Source: Laetmonice hystrix (lineage: Eukaryota). From it: a stretch of DNA of 64,000 nucleotides. Position numbers and translations under genes: made by a program. The notes beneath the pieces were generated by a model, which worked only from the letters and a program-made list of their open reading frames with translations, searched no databases and was not told the DNA's origin. The first letter of the stretch is position 1. The number at the start of each line of letters is the position of its first letter. Location of the stretch: the NCBI GenBank assembly GCA_965235115.1, contig OZ249436.1:50222001-50286000 (forward strand), read 5' to 3'. This document shows positions 37,394-50,500 of this stretch, piece after piece.

Positions 37394-40300
37394 ATCCGGC
37401 CCTGCTATTCTCTCGAGGAGATTGGCTGTTACGTTTAGTAATTTCCCTCCCACAGAATACGGTGAAGAATAATTTTCGATGGTCGGAAGCTGTTACCTTT
37501 CTATGATAAACCTATGATTACAAACACTCGAACGTCAAGATAAGAACACCTGGCGAGGATTCATGGAGAATAAAACAAATATCTCGTGTCAATATCACTG
37601 GACACTTCCAGTTGAGAATACGTGCTCATGCTCGCCACTACGCTCTCATGTCAATAACACATCATAATTATAAAGTTTGTTATTACCGGGTATACGCACC
37701 GCTTACATACCCACCAACAGCTGCCCACCAAGTAACGCAACAAAAGTTTGGTGACGTAGGCCTATTAACATGGGGAGACCCATGCATGTAGTTGTACGCA
37801 ATATGAATTATATTCAACATTGTGAACTATACCCATCAACACTGACAATCTTTGTGTTTCCAGAAGGTACTGCCATGCACACTGCATTTGATACCCACGT
37901 TATTGCTTCTGTTGACATTTGCTGTCAATAAATTTTAATAAAGATTCCGAACGGTTCGGTTCTAATGAAAACTGCCTGAAGTATCGGGGGAGATAAGTGT
38001 GATATCTTGTAATACAAGGCCCGCTGTATGCCTCCACCTCGACATTCTGTGAACAAGGGCAATATTTTAATCTCTGTAGCAAAGAGGCTCAGGAAGAGTT
38101 TCTAAACAAAAAAAAACACGGTTCCATGTGATACGGACGAGCACAATATACTTTTATTTTATTTTCTAGTCCTTTACAATTAATATCGACAGAATGTTGA
38201 AAAAACATCATAAACCACATGACATAAACAATGATAGGTGCTCTGTACAATTATAACACAACATTTGTATTTTACTATTGACGTATACGTATATGCATGC
38301 ACAATGAAAATAGCTATATACATGTACATTAAGAGCTAAACGATACGACAGTTTGTGTGACCGACAATATTGTTCTGTCCCAGTCACACATACACGTTAT
38401 TACCACATGATCATAGTTAATATCATTGTAGATAGCTTTAATACACAAAACCAATATTCAGAAGCCCAGCGAGTGACATTTTTTATATACACCTGTATAG
38501 CTGTCCTTACCGCCCATTGCAAGGCATAATTCGTGACGATCTCAATCCCAGGAAAACTTATATCTGTGCTAAATGATATTGGTTTTATTATCCCACTACG
38601 ATAACACATCTAACTACCCGAGTGACGACAACGGGACGGTAAACACAACATTCGCTGCTGGCCAGAATCACTTCACGGGATATACGTATACTCCAACTGC
38701 CAAAGTTACAACGAAACACGCATGTATTCATAGGAAATGAATCCTCGTGCCATATAAGCCTCGACATCTTTCGAACTGGAGGCCACAATGTATACCAACT
38801 GAAGTGAAAATTTAAGATGTCCTATATCTTTGAGGAAAAATCGAAAACAATTGAAGAGCTTTTTTAATCAAAATGGACGTAACAAAACCTTAAGGACGTT
38901 ATTGTAGCCATTATGCTAATGAGTACACTGTCATAACTGTCATAAGAATCAGGATGTCATTGGTTGAAGTCATACAAACATGGAGAACTTCCACCAGTTA
39001 ATCGATATTTTATATACGTTGCCATTTCCTGCAGACAGCGATAACATATGTTACTAAGATTTGCTATACATTTGTTAATGAACAGAAGGAACTTCACTTG
39101 GTAGCATGAATGTAATTAAAACGTCACGTGTGCTCTTCATATTAATAAAGGACGTCACAACCCAGATAAAATGACAAGGACTTTAACAGAAAGTCCCTTC
39201 AATAATATAGACCGAGACCACACTGGACAAAAATGGTATCTGTAGCATATATACTACTCTATACTTTGTTAATTAAACACTGTGACTGAACCATTCATGC
39301 CTTAACTGTCATTTTGAAATCGATCCATAAGCCTACTGCTATAATTACACCTATCTTCTTGAATAGATATCGGTTTTACTATAAGATTTGAGCCGTAAAT
39401 GAGCGTGGACAATTCATATACGACCACAAATTTATCCAACTCTTTTTCACTGCCTCACTTATAACAAGGTCTCTGACATGTCGGGGCCATTTTACATTGC
39501 ATTCTATTGCGTTTACCTGGTCGGATATCAACAAATACTTGTTAGTGTAAACAAGATGCAAGCTGTCGAGGCCAGCGTTCACAGTGTCGGGGAATTCATA
39601 TGGAGACACGCTATACCTACGTCATGCCATCAGGCAAGCAATGACTATTGCTGAGATACACTGTCCCTTTCACCTTACAGCGGCAGCTGTCAGCACACAA
39701 CTACATTGTAGTATTTTCATTGTATAAATTGTATAAACTATAACACAGGCATGTAAGTCACGCTTACTTTCCGTTCCTTCAGTTTGTTTTGTCATTCTAC
39801 ATGACTATAATCCCATTGTCCTGCGTCGATGTCCGTTTCTGGGAAGATGCGTTTATTTTTTGTATTCCGTCTTAAGACATGCGGTCAATTTTTCAGCTTA
39901 TATATGAGTCACAGTCACTCAGGCTATGACGTACTGTCGGAATGGCTACAGTCTGTATCCCTTTATTTTTGGCTAAAACGGTGATCAAATAACAGATATC
40001 TCAGGTATCACCAAACTGTCTGAAAGGAGAGAAATACTTTAATGCTCAATCATCACACCTCGTTTTTTTTAGTATTTTAAAAGTGTAGAATAAGCTCATT
40101 CACTATGTGGTAGTACGGACGCCATTTTGATGTGTACTTGATTTATATGCTCTGCCTGGGGCCATGTTATACAATCACTGTCAGGCTATATCACTATTCG
40201 TCCATATCAAAGATCAACGATAGCGCCAGATCAAAAACCTCTTTCCCTCTGATTTCTACATTTTCTCAATCACCTTATATACCATAATGACGTATAATAG

Positions 40301-40750
40301 CGCAACTGACTTCAATGCCACAATTCATTATAACACGACCGTATCCATGGCCGTATAGATTACTCTCTGATACATATCCGATCCCGCAGACCTGTCTGCG
40401 CTGTCTCCGATTTCCTCTCACAAAAACAGCATGAGAAAACACTAAAAGCATATCGGCAAAACGCATAATTATGAAAAATCATATTATAAAAGAGAATTTA
40501 CGTATGTTATCAATAAAACATAAATAAAATAAAAATAATTACAAAAGAGTTTCATCATGCATTTTTCCCATTGAGTAAATTGAGTTAATTGAGGTACAAC
40601 TGATGGTGTCAATTCCAGAGACCATGACTCAGCAAATCCGTGATTTTTGTCGCGTGGAGAGCGGCCCCCAAAACCTGGAGTCTCCTCGATTATGTATACA
40701 TGTATTGTTAATGCAGCACACTGTACAAGACGTTGGTAGCGATGACTACG

Positions 40751-41544
40751 TTAGTTATACAGTAACATATTGGCATAGGGTGGGTCCATGAGCAGGGGGT
40801 AGGTTAGCTGGTTACCCCGGTCCCAACCGTAAATCCGTTTTTCTTGTGGATTGTACGAGATCATGTTGTTCATCTGGAACGGGTTGGTGAACTTCAGGCG
40901 CACATTGATCGACTTTTTAAGGTAGAGATCATACGCGAAGTCGATGACAGTGTTTTTTACTCGTGTGTTTTTCACCAGGTAGAGCACACCACACGTGATG
41001 AAACCGTTACCGTACGACCGATGGTCTACCGTGATGTTCCACATTTTTTCCGTCACTAGATTGTGCTGATTGAGTTTGCGAACGATCAGCGTCATTGGGT
41101 TGTTTTCCTGCCCGTGGATCACCCACAGTCCGTTCTCATCGACAGCAAGATCGAAGTAGTTGTATTCCGTCGCGTAGACGTAGTTCTTCTTACCGGAAAA
41201 GGAGCCGTATTTCAGGCTGGTTTTAGCGACCGTCGCTTGTTTACGCAAATCGTAGCGAATAATCTCGTTGTAGCTGGTTCTGTGATAGTAGAACGACCCG
41301 TCGTACATGACATGACCTGTGCCAAAGTAAAGCTCTTTCAGCTCGTACGTTTTACTGATGCGGTCCTGCCGGAAGTCCTCCAAGTTCCGGTATTCGTAGA
41401 GGATTTTGCCGGTGAAATGGCGCGTAAACCAGTAGCGAGCAGACAGCGATGGATCGTTAGTTTTTGGGTCCTTCATCCAAGCACCCCAGTAGGTACCTGT
41501 GTAGCGCTGGAAGAGTGGTTTGCCAACCATTTTGATGCGACAGT
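40751..41544 (-). CDS. Olfactomedin-domain terminal exon of the gliomedin-like gene
   Basis: Acceptor ctctccgcag at 41545; OLF beta-propeller motifs. Confidence 0.93.
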
Positions 41545-44500
41545 CTGCGGAGAGAGACATCAAGAGAAAACACCCATTAAGTAACCCTTCAGCGCTGTGA
41601 AAACCTTTCACCGTGAAATGGATCGAGACAAGGTCAAGAAGACATTAACCACACTCTCTGAAAGCACATTTCTAAGGCATTTAGGATGCACGGGGGGTGC
41701 ATATACAAAATCACGCTACGTATAACAACGGGCAGGTACGTAACCTAGTCTATCACTTTATATGAGATATATTTTAAAACTATAAGTTGAACCGGGGATC
41801 TTTTTATACAAACTTCTCTACAAATGGGTTGTATGCAGTCTCAGTATTAGACTGTTCTCCGACTTCACTCCTAGCTAGATTTACTGGCAATATCAGGCAG
41901 GCAAGTGCCCCTTACACCTTTCATTATGTGTCCACATTAAAAGCACTGGTTAGTGTTGAGTTCCCATGTAAGATTTCTGAAACGTTGACCTTTTCGGCCG
42001 AGACGGCGAGTTGCGGTGATGAATATCGTGGTCCGTAATAACCGTTCTACACCTGAAGAGCTTCCTAAATACAGCACCGACCGCCTGGCCAGTCAGCCAG
42101 CCAGGAGCGCGCTACTGGCCGCCACACTTTAACCAGTCACCTGATTTATGACAGCGTCAAAGTCCTACCAGGCCTTGTTGATCATCACCTATATGCTATA
42201 GGTGATGATCAAAAATGCTTTTCTTGGATCACAACTTATAATTCAGAATTAACACTCATTGAATCGGAAGGAACCTAGAAAGACGGTCGCATATCATTTG
42301 ACTGATATGCTAGTAAATAGAAGTATAAAAATGATTTGGTCAAATCTGATATCATTTATATTTCCTGCGTATCTCTGTCCGCCCGATACGTTTTGGTGAC
42401 TTGAAGTTGTCTGTACTTACTTGATTCTCGCGGGGCCAACGTTGGTTCAGGAGTCGTTGGCGGCCTCGTGGTTGGCTCTGTGCAAGACACACAATAAGTC
42501 AGTTTGTTATAACGGCGTCAATATTACCGTAGAAGTACAAATAGCTTGAACAAAAGATTTTCTAAACGCATTTTTTCCTATTGAAAAAAGTGCATTGTCA
42601 CATCTGTCGCAGAATTGTTATAGATGTATAATAGACTTATTATAAAAATTCAGATGTTCCTGATTGGCCGCCATATTTTTTCCAGCTAACCTCATCAGCA
42701 TACAAAAAGTAAAAAATCGATGATAGAAATATGTACATGTATGTATAAATGTTTAAAAGTGGGCCACTCGGTTTAATCTCAGATAGTCGTTCTCGTTCAC
42801 AATGGAAAGGTCGGGATGGAGTTGGAGATATAGTCTAGGCTCAATCGTCTTCCTTTTCCTGGCTGTCATTTTGAATTAATAAAACAATAGAAAAGTTAAT
42901 GTGGTGTGCTCCTCAAGTGTTCTTAAATAAGACGAGCCTTTTCATAACACGATAAAAATGACAATAAAAGAGCAATTATTTTGAAATAAAAATTGAGAGA
43001 AAGCTAACTTTGATATTATCCAGGCCGACCTCGCTAGTAAATGAGCACCTAGTTTGACTTCATTCAACCATTCCATCTTAATTCACGGATGATTCCGTAA
43101 AATACACTGACCTTCACCGATTAGGAAATCAAAACAGGAAACCTGCTTTAACATATTAACAACTACTACAACTCAACATGCCGTCCCTGACTTGAATATG
43201 ACTGTCTACTGATAACCCCGATATTTCAACGAGATCTCGCGATAAAGGCAAGGACAACAAAGATGAAAATGCGGACACAGAGCAGAATCGTGAATGATAC
43301 GTCTAATTATCGACACGTATGACAATAATGTCGATGTAACTCTATACACTGTAACAATCCCCGACCGACCAGGAGCGAGAGTCCACACTAACAAACATGT
43401 CCTCGACACCCCGTCCCGGTCAAAAGCGGCAAACATAGACGGAAAAACGTTTTGACCGCAACTGCCTATACGAGTTATAGGCCTATACAGTGCGTGTTCT
43501 GCAACACCTACGGTCGGACCACCTTCAGTGCTGATAATAATCTTAGGTCATACATCCAAAGTTACTGATCGTTTTCCGGTAATCAAGGTAATTTCTGCAG
43601 ATATATTGAATACTTCTGTTCTCATCACGGATCCCGTTGGTTTATTCTGCCCTGCCACAGTGGCTTTACTTTCCATTCCCACACAAAATTCTTGAAATGC
43701 TTATATATGTATACATAAATATCATACCTTATAGAAAAGACTGTAAGCCAGAATAAACTCCTATTATCTAAAACAACACTTTAGGTCAGTATTCGACCAG
43801 TAATGCTTTGCAATGCTGATATCATTACAGACTGAATTCTCTTATAAATCGGTTATATTTAAGCATGTTCTCACCTAGATCATAAGTCGGGGCAATTGCG
43901 CTAATACCTAACTTTCGGACAAAAAAGTGGTTTTCTCAATTAGCTATCAAATATTCCGGACAGGTTAAAACAGTTATCTTTTTTCTACTTACCTAACCAA
44001 ACGAAACTTTCCGTTTCAGAAGTAAACTTCCCTCCCCTTTAACGAATGTTATATTATTATGACCACTGCCAACAAATGGTTTCTTTACCGTCCAAAGTAA
44101 TGGAGTCCTATACTGACCCCAAAATTTAACATTTCATTGGCCATTCCAATCTCGTGGGGAGTGAGAGACAATACACCTGCAGGTGAGAGTGCTTTTTCAT
44201 TATAAAGACTACATTGGCCTGCAAAACATTAATGGTGAAAATATCAAATGAGTGCCGAGAACCATCTCCCAAGTTTGGTAACAGCTGTGTCTGTATGTCG
44301 GCGACACTCAGTTGTTGATCCGGGTGGCCATTACACAGCGCCGTCTGGTGGCCCTGAGGCGAACCAAGGGTGTGTGGTGCATGTGCGCCTGCGCATGGTG
44401 AAATAATAGGTTTGCTTCGAGGAGACGACCACGATGGTTATCTCAGCTGACGTGTGTTCTAAAATATGTGCATGAATTATGTATACACCCCAAAAAGGTT

Positions 44501-47500
44501 TATTTACCGCCTCTTTGATATCCTGATGTCAATTCAACTGATACACGCACCGTTATTTCAGGTAAAGCCACCCTGTCCGATAACTTTCCGATATCCGTCT
44601 TTTTTTTGACATGGCACGGGTAGATCCCTCTAGTATCCAAAGCAAACATTTATTTCTCCATGCAGAATACCGGAAAGCATCCATCTCCACCTCGGGATAC
44701 TCTGCCCTCGGCATGGCCGCCTGCAGGCCGTCAAACACAAGGTCATTAGAGCCGTATAGCTAGACTGTAATTTTTTTTTAATTAAAAAAATAGTACCGGG
44801 CGACACGATGTATCAATTCTTGGGAAGTCTGGGGGAATGCCCCCCCAAATGTTTCCAGAACTGAATAGCCCAGAACCTGAGGAGACGACTGCCACGTCTG
44901 CATCAGTCATGCTACGGCCCTGTCACACGTGGGAACCCCCACCTGTCCTCGCAAAACAAGGTTTTCTCTAACGCCAAGTGATATAACATACAGATTAAGC
45001 AATTGGATCTTAGATGCTGAGGACTGGTTGAGTTTCCCTGCGTAGACCTCCGGCTGTGAAGACAGCCATGTCCGAGGGTCAGCAGAAGTCCGGAGTATTG
45101 AGTTGAATTCTCTGGACACTGCCATGCACGTGATATCTCTGCTGGACGCTGCCTGGAAAGTTCACCGTGATTTTAGAAGCGTCCGACGCGGTTGATGACA
45201 AGCCAGACGACGTGAAAAACGGGAGCTGGGAGGTGTTGATATAAGAAAAGACTGGCCTTACTGGGCGCTACCAGAATCACTCCTTCAATCTCAAGCCTGA
45301 CTGTAAGCAGGAAGGAAAGGTCGTACAAAAAAAGGAAAATTACAAACAAACTTAAGTTCAATGATAGACGCGACCATAGCTGTAGACCTGATTCAGTTCA
45401 TGTGAACTCGGTGGAGACGGATCGGCTGACTTACAAAGTGCTGACTGCCGTTCAGAAACAAGCTATAGCAACTAATTATAATGTGGCATGTTTAATAAAC
45501 TAAACAAGTTTAATCAACTAAACAAACTAGGTACATTTCGGAATTATAGAATTGTGCATCAAATCAATGAACGGAATCCGCGTTGTATATTATAGGGCCT
45601 ACACCTGATTCTGATCATGGGTTTCAGCTTTTTATAATAAAGCAATGAAGTAACAAATCGCAAGGCAATCACAAGAAAGATTTGAGCGTGTGTCCAAAGC
45701 GTCTCTGCTACCGGTCCAGTGGATAAGGGTCTTTTACAGATCTATCTTTTAAAGTCTCCGAGAATAAAAATTAGAAGAAGGTGGGCCGCACAGCGGTAGT
45801 AAAAGTCTAGAATCAAGATATGCATGATTGCTACTCGTGACATGAGAAAACCACACTGACAGCGTAAAATATTAGCACCATGGTGCGGCCCACATATACT
45901 CTCGTTCAATCACAGAGGTGGTCGTTTCCTGTCGGTCGGTAACAAATTGGACCGGATGTAGTAGGCCTATGTAGTCTATACCTTAGTCTCTGGACAGTTT
46001 TGTTCTGGTCATTACCGTAAATGAAGCATTATATTACTATACTAGGACTCTAATAATAGGCCTAATCCTTCCGGGCGTTATAGGCCCCCAGGGTAAATGT
46101 ACTTGGACAGGGTATAAGTATATACCCTATAGGGTATAAGTATATACCCTATACAGACTGCGCATGCTTGAAACTACCACTGATGATCAGGTTACCCGAA
46201 CAGCCCGGGAGAAAAGTATGCATAATATTCACCTCACTTAACTTCGAAGGATATTTACTGGCATTTGAAAACAGTCGAAACATGTTTCGCACACTCCTCA
46301 AGCCGCGCGGTTACATATCTATTCTATACTTGCTCCATTTTAGCGCCTTCAATTTTACGACAGTTTAGCTCTCCCATTTTCCCTCCAGTTTAGCTCCCAG
46401 TTAAAAATATGAGTTCTATATCAACGAGACTAGACTCGTTGGTCCTATCAACAGTAAAAATGTAACTGATGTCATGTGTCTTGTCGCTCATACATAGCCA
46501 TACTTATGACTACGGATATCAATGACCAGCCATTAAAAGGCTATTTTAATAGTTTGTCATAGAATACTGTACTTGTGAGGAATATGCCAGACCTACCTGC
46601 TGGCAGACAGTGTACACCAGAGGCAACGCTGACGTCATGCCAGGGTAAATAAGGTAAATTAAAAAAAAACATGTTGCCCCCGAGAGACTACCTATTTCCT
46701 ACACCAGAACAAAATAGGAATTCTTCGACACCATACCCATGGTGTTACAGTGCCTGCAACCTTCCCTTTGAGGACAAGATTTGGCAGAATATGAAACTAT
46801 CATCTTCAAGTATTTCTGGTCACGATTTCATACCAAACGTGGAATTTTACACCCATCCAAATTGTTGACATTGCTTTTCAGCAGCGTATTGTTAGTCAGC
46901 TGAATCACCTGCCGCTGCGGGTTTGGTGAGTACTCAAGACTTTTACTTGTGCCATGTCATTACTTTCAAACCTCGCATTACGTGTTGGCTCACGTACAAT
47001 GTTCGGGTTCGTGCATTATCGTGACATAATGTGATTGTATTATAGTTCTTCACAAGTCTTCTTCGGTTCCATCGTGAGGCCGCATTACGAATATTGGGGC
47101 GCCCGTAGTAGGATATGAGCAAGAAAAAAAAAGAATTGCAGGGAGCGAAATATACGATTATATTGAAATCAAGAATATCTTTCATAATAGTAAGTGACAT
47201 TTGCAGGAAACGGAAAAACTTGTCGCATGAAATGATTCCGAAGACCCCCAAAACGTATTGTTCCCTCAAAAATCCTTTCTTGTAAACGTAATGTTTATAA
47301 ATATCACACAGTGGTTAGAACATGATGGATGCTATGACGGAAAGTAAATCGTCATCTAATTGTAGTAACATTGACCATGCTCTACTGTAGTAGGAACATT
47401 GACCGTGCTATACTGTAGGAGGAACATTGACCGTGCTCTACTGTAGTAGGAACAGTGACCATGCTCTACTGGTAGGAACATTGACCGTGCTCTACTGTAG

Positions 47501-50500
47501 TAGGAACATTGACCGTGCTCTACTGTAGTAGGAACATTGACCGTGCTCTACTGTAGTAGGAACAGTGACCATGCTCTACTGTAGTAGGCACATTGACCGT
47601 GCTCTACTGTAGTAGTCACATTGACCGTGCCCTACTGTAGTAGGAACATTGACTATGCTCTACTGTAGTAGGCACATTGACCGTGCTCTACTGTAGTAGG
47701 CACATTGACCGTGCCTACTGTAGTAGGAACATTGACCTTGCTCTACTGTAGTAGGAACATTGACCATGCTCTACTGTAGTAGGAACATTGACTATGCTCT
47801 ACTGGTAGGAACATTGACCGTGCTCTACTGTAGTAGGAACATTGACTATGCTCTACTGGTAGGAACATTGACCGTGCTCTACTGTAGTAGGCACATTGAC
47901 CATGCTCTACCGTAGTAGGAACATTGACCATGCTCTACTGTAGTAGGAACATTGACCATGCTCTACTGTAGTAGGAACATTGACCGTGCTCTACTGTAGT
48001 AGGCACATTGACCGTGCTCTACTGTAGTAGGCACATTGACCGTGCCCTACTGTAGTAGGAACATTGACTATGCTCTACTGTAGTAGGCACATTGACCGTG
48101 CTCTACTGTAGTAGGCACATTGACCGTGCCCTACTGTAGTAGGAACATTGACCTTGCTCTACTGTAGTAGGAACATTGACCATGCTCTACTGTAGTAGGA
48201 ACATTGACTATGCTCTACTGGTAGGAACATTGACCGTGCTCTACTGTAGTAGGCACATTGACCGTGCCCTACTGTAGTAGGAACAGTGACCATGCTCTAC
48301 TGGTAGGAACATTGACTATGCTCTACTGTAGTAGGCACATTGACCGTGCTCTACTGTAGTAGGCACATTGACCGTGCCCTACTGTAGTAGGAACAGTGAC
48401 CATGCTCTACTGGTAGGAACATTGACTATGCTCTACTGTAGTAGGAACATTGACTATGCTCTACTGTAGTAGGAACATTGATCATGCTCTACTGTAGTAG
48501 GAACATTGACCGTGCTCTACTGTAGTAGGAACATTGACCATGCTCTACTGTAGTAGGAACATTGACCGTGCTCTACTGTAGTAGGAACATTGACCGTGCT
48601 CTACTGTAGTAGGAACATTGACCGTGCTCTACTGTAGTAGGAACATTGACCGTGCTCTACTGTAGTAGGAACATTGACCATGCTCTACTGTAGTAGGAAC
48701 ATTGACCGTGCTCTACTGTAGTAGGCACATTGACCGTGCTCTACTGTAGTAGGAACATTGACCGTGCTCTACTGTAGTAGGAACATTGACCATGCTCTAC
48801 TGTAGTAGGAACATTGACCGTGCTCTACTGTAGTAGGCACATTGACCGTGCTCTACTGTAGTAGGAACACTGATCATGCTCTACTGTAGTAGGCACATTG
48901 ACCGTGCTCTACTGTAGTAGGAACATTGACCATGCTCTACTGTAGTAGGAACATTGACCGTGCTCTACTGTAGTAGGAACATTGACCATGCTCTACTGTA
49001 GTAGGAACATTGACCATGCTCTACTGTAGTAGGAACATTGACCATGCTCTACTGTAGTAGGAACATTGACCATGCTCTACCGTAGTAGGAACATTGACCA
49101 TGCTCTACTGTAGTAGGAACATTGACCGTGCTCTACTGTAGTAGGAACAGTGACCATGCTCTACTGGTAGGAACAGTGACCATGCTCTACTGGTAGGAAC
49201 ATTGACCGTGCTCTACTGTAGTAGGAACATTGACCGTGCTCTACTGTAGTAGGAACATTGACCATGCTCTACTGTAGTAGGAACATTGACCGTGCTCTAC
49301 TGTAGTAGGAACATTGACCGTGCTCTACTGTAGTAGGAACATTGACTATGCTCTACTCTAGTTCTTGCCATCCCCTCATATAAAGAGGCGCCTATAATAT
49401 ATGTATATACCGTATTGTAAACTTATTAACCTACTCCCCAAGTATATGTTTTATGCTGTTCTTGGACAAGTGTATGTTATCGGATCTCAGCTGTTCAAGG
49501 TTTAAAGGGAGGGTAAACACACACGGCAAATAAGGTTTCGTAGACCGAATGAAACACCAGCATTTACCTCACCGCAATAAATGCCATAATGACGTTGTCT
49601 GAATGAAGTTATTAACGTGTAACTGCCCGATGTGTGACGCGGCTGGTTTTAACCTTGCTTTGCTTGTGTGTTCATCGCCTCGGACGTTTACAGTGAGTGA
49701 GTAGTTGGTGTTTAACGCCCAGTCAGCAGTATTTCAGCTATTTCAGGGCGAGAACAAGGTAACTAACTCAGTCGGTGAAATCCATTGGGTGATAATGAGA
49801 TGATAGGAGGAAACCTGGCATCGGGGCGAACCCCTACTCTTATCGATAGGTTCCAAGGGATCTTTATCGTGCCCCTCCACATAGACGCATCGTGACACGG
49901 CCGGTCTTTGATAAAGCAGTCGGCAGCACTGCTTATGCAGGAAAGTCCGGCGCGGCCGCGGATCGAACCCAGGACCTTCGGATCAAAGGTCCCGTGCTCT
50001 AACCACTGCGCCACCCCGGTCCCCCCGGACGTTTACAAACGTTGGGACTCCAACAAGGTCTGTGAGCAGAGTAACGCGTAATGTTACTTCATCTCACTCA
50101 TTGTTATGTTTTCGTTTCCTATCATGTGACCACGGTAAATATGTTACTCTTACTGTTTTGTAGTGTCGCGATGGTGAAAATCGCACTGTATGTGTGATCA
50201 TTTGCTCAATAAAAAAATGTTACGCAATATGCCGTGGCCATGGTGTGCAGCATTCGGCTCTGATGGACACACAAGCAGAGCAAGGTCAGCACCAGCGGCG
50301 TCACACATCGGGCAGTTACACGTTAATTACTTCATTCAGACAACGTAATTATAGCATTTATTGCCCTGAGGTAAATGCTGGTGTTCCATTTGGTCTACGA
50401 AACCTTATTTGCCGTGTGTGTTTACCCTTCCTTTAAACCTTGACCAGTTGAGATCCGATAACATACACTTGTCCAAGAACGACATAAAACATACTGGGGG

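Noticed and set aside
41063..41584. Plus-strand 173-aa ORF
   Set aside because: Antisense shadow of the olfactomedin exon.
44907..45361. Possible extra minus-strand exon after the acceptor at ~45301
   Set aside because: Stops in the expected frame and no recognisable domain; at most an alternative terminal or non-coding exon.
49950..50025. tRNA gene
   Set aside because: The tRNA-like head continues into a SINE body and tail with a TSD; no proper acceptor stem or terminator.
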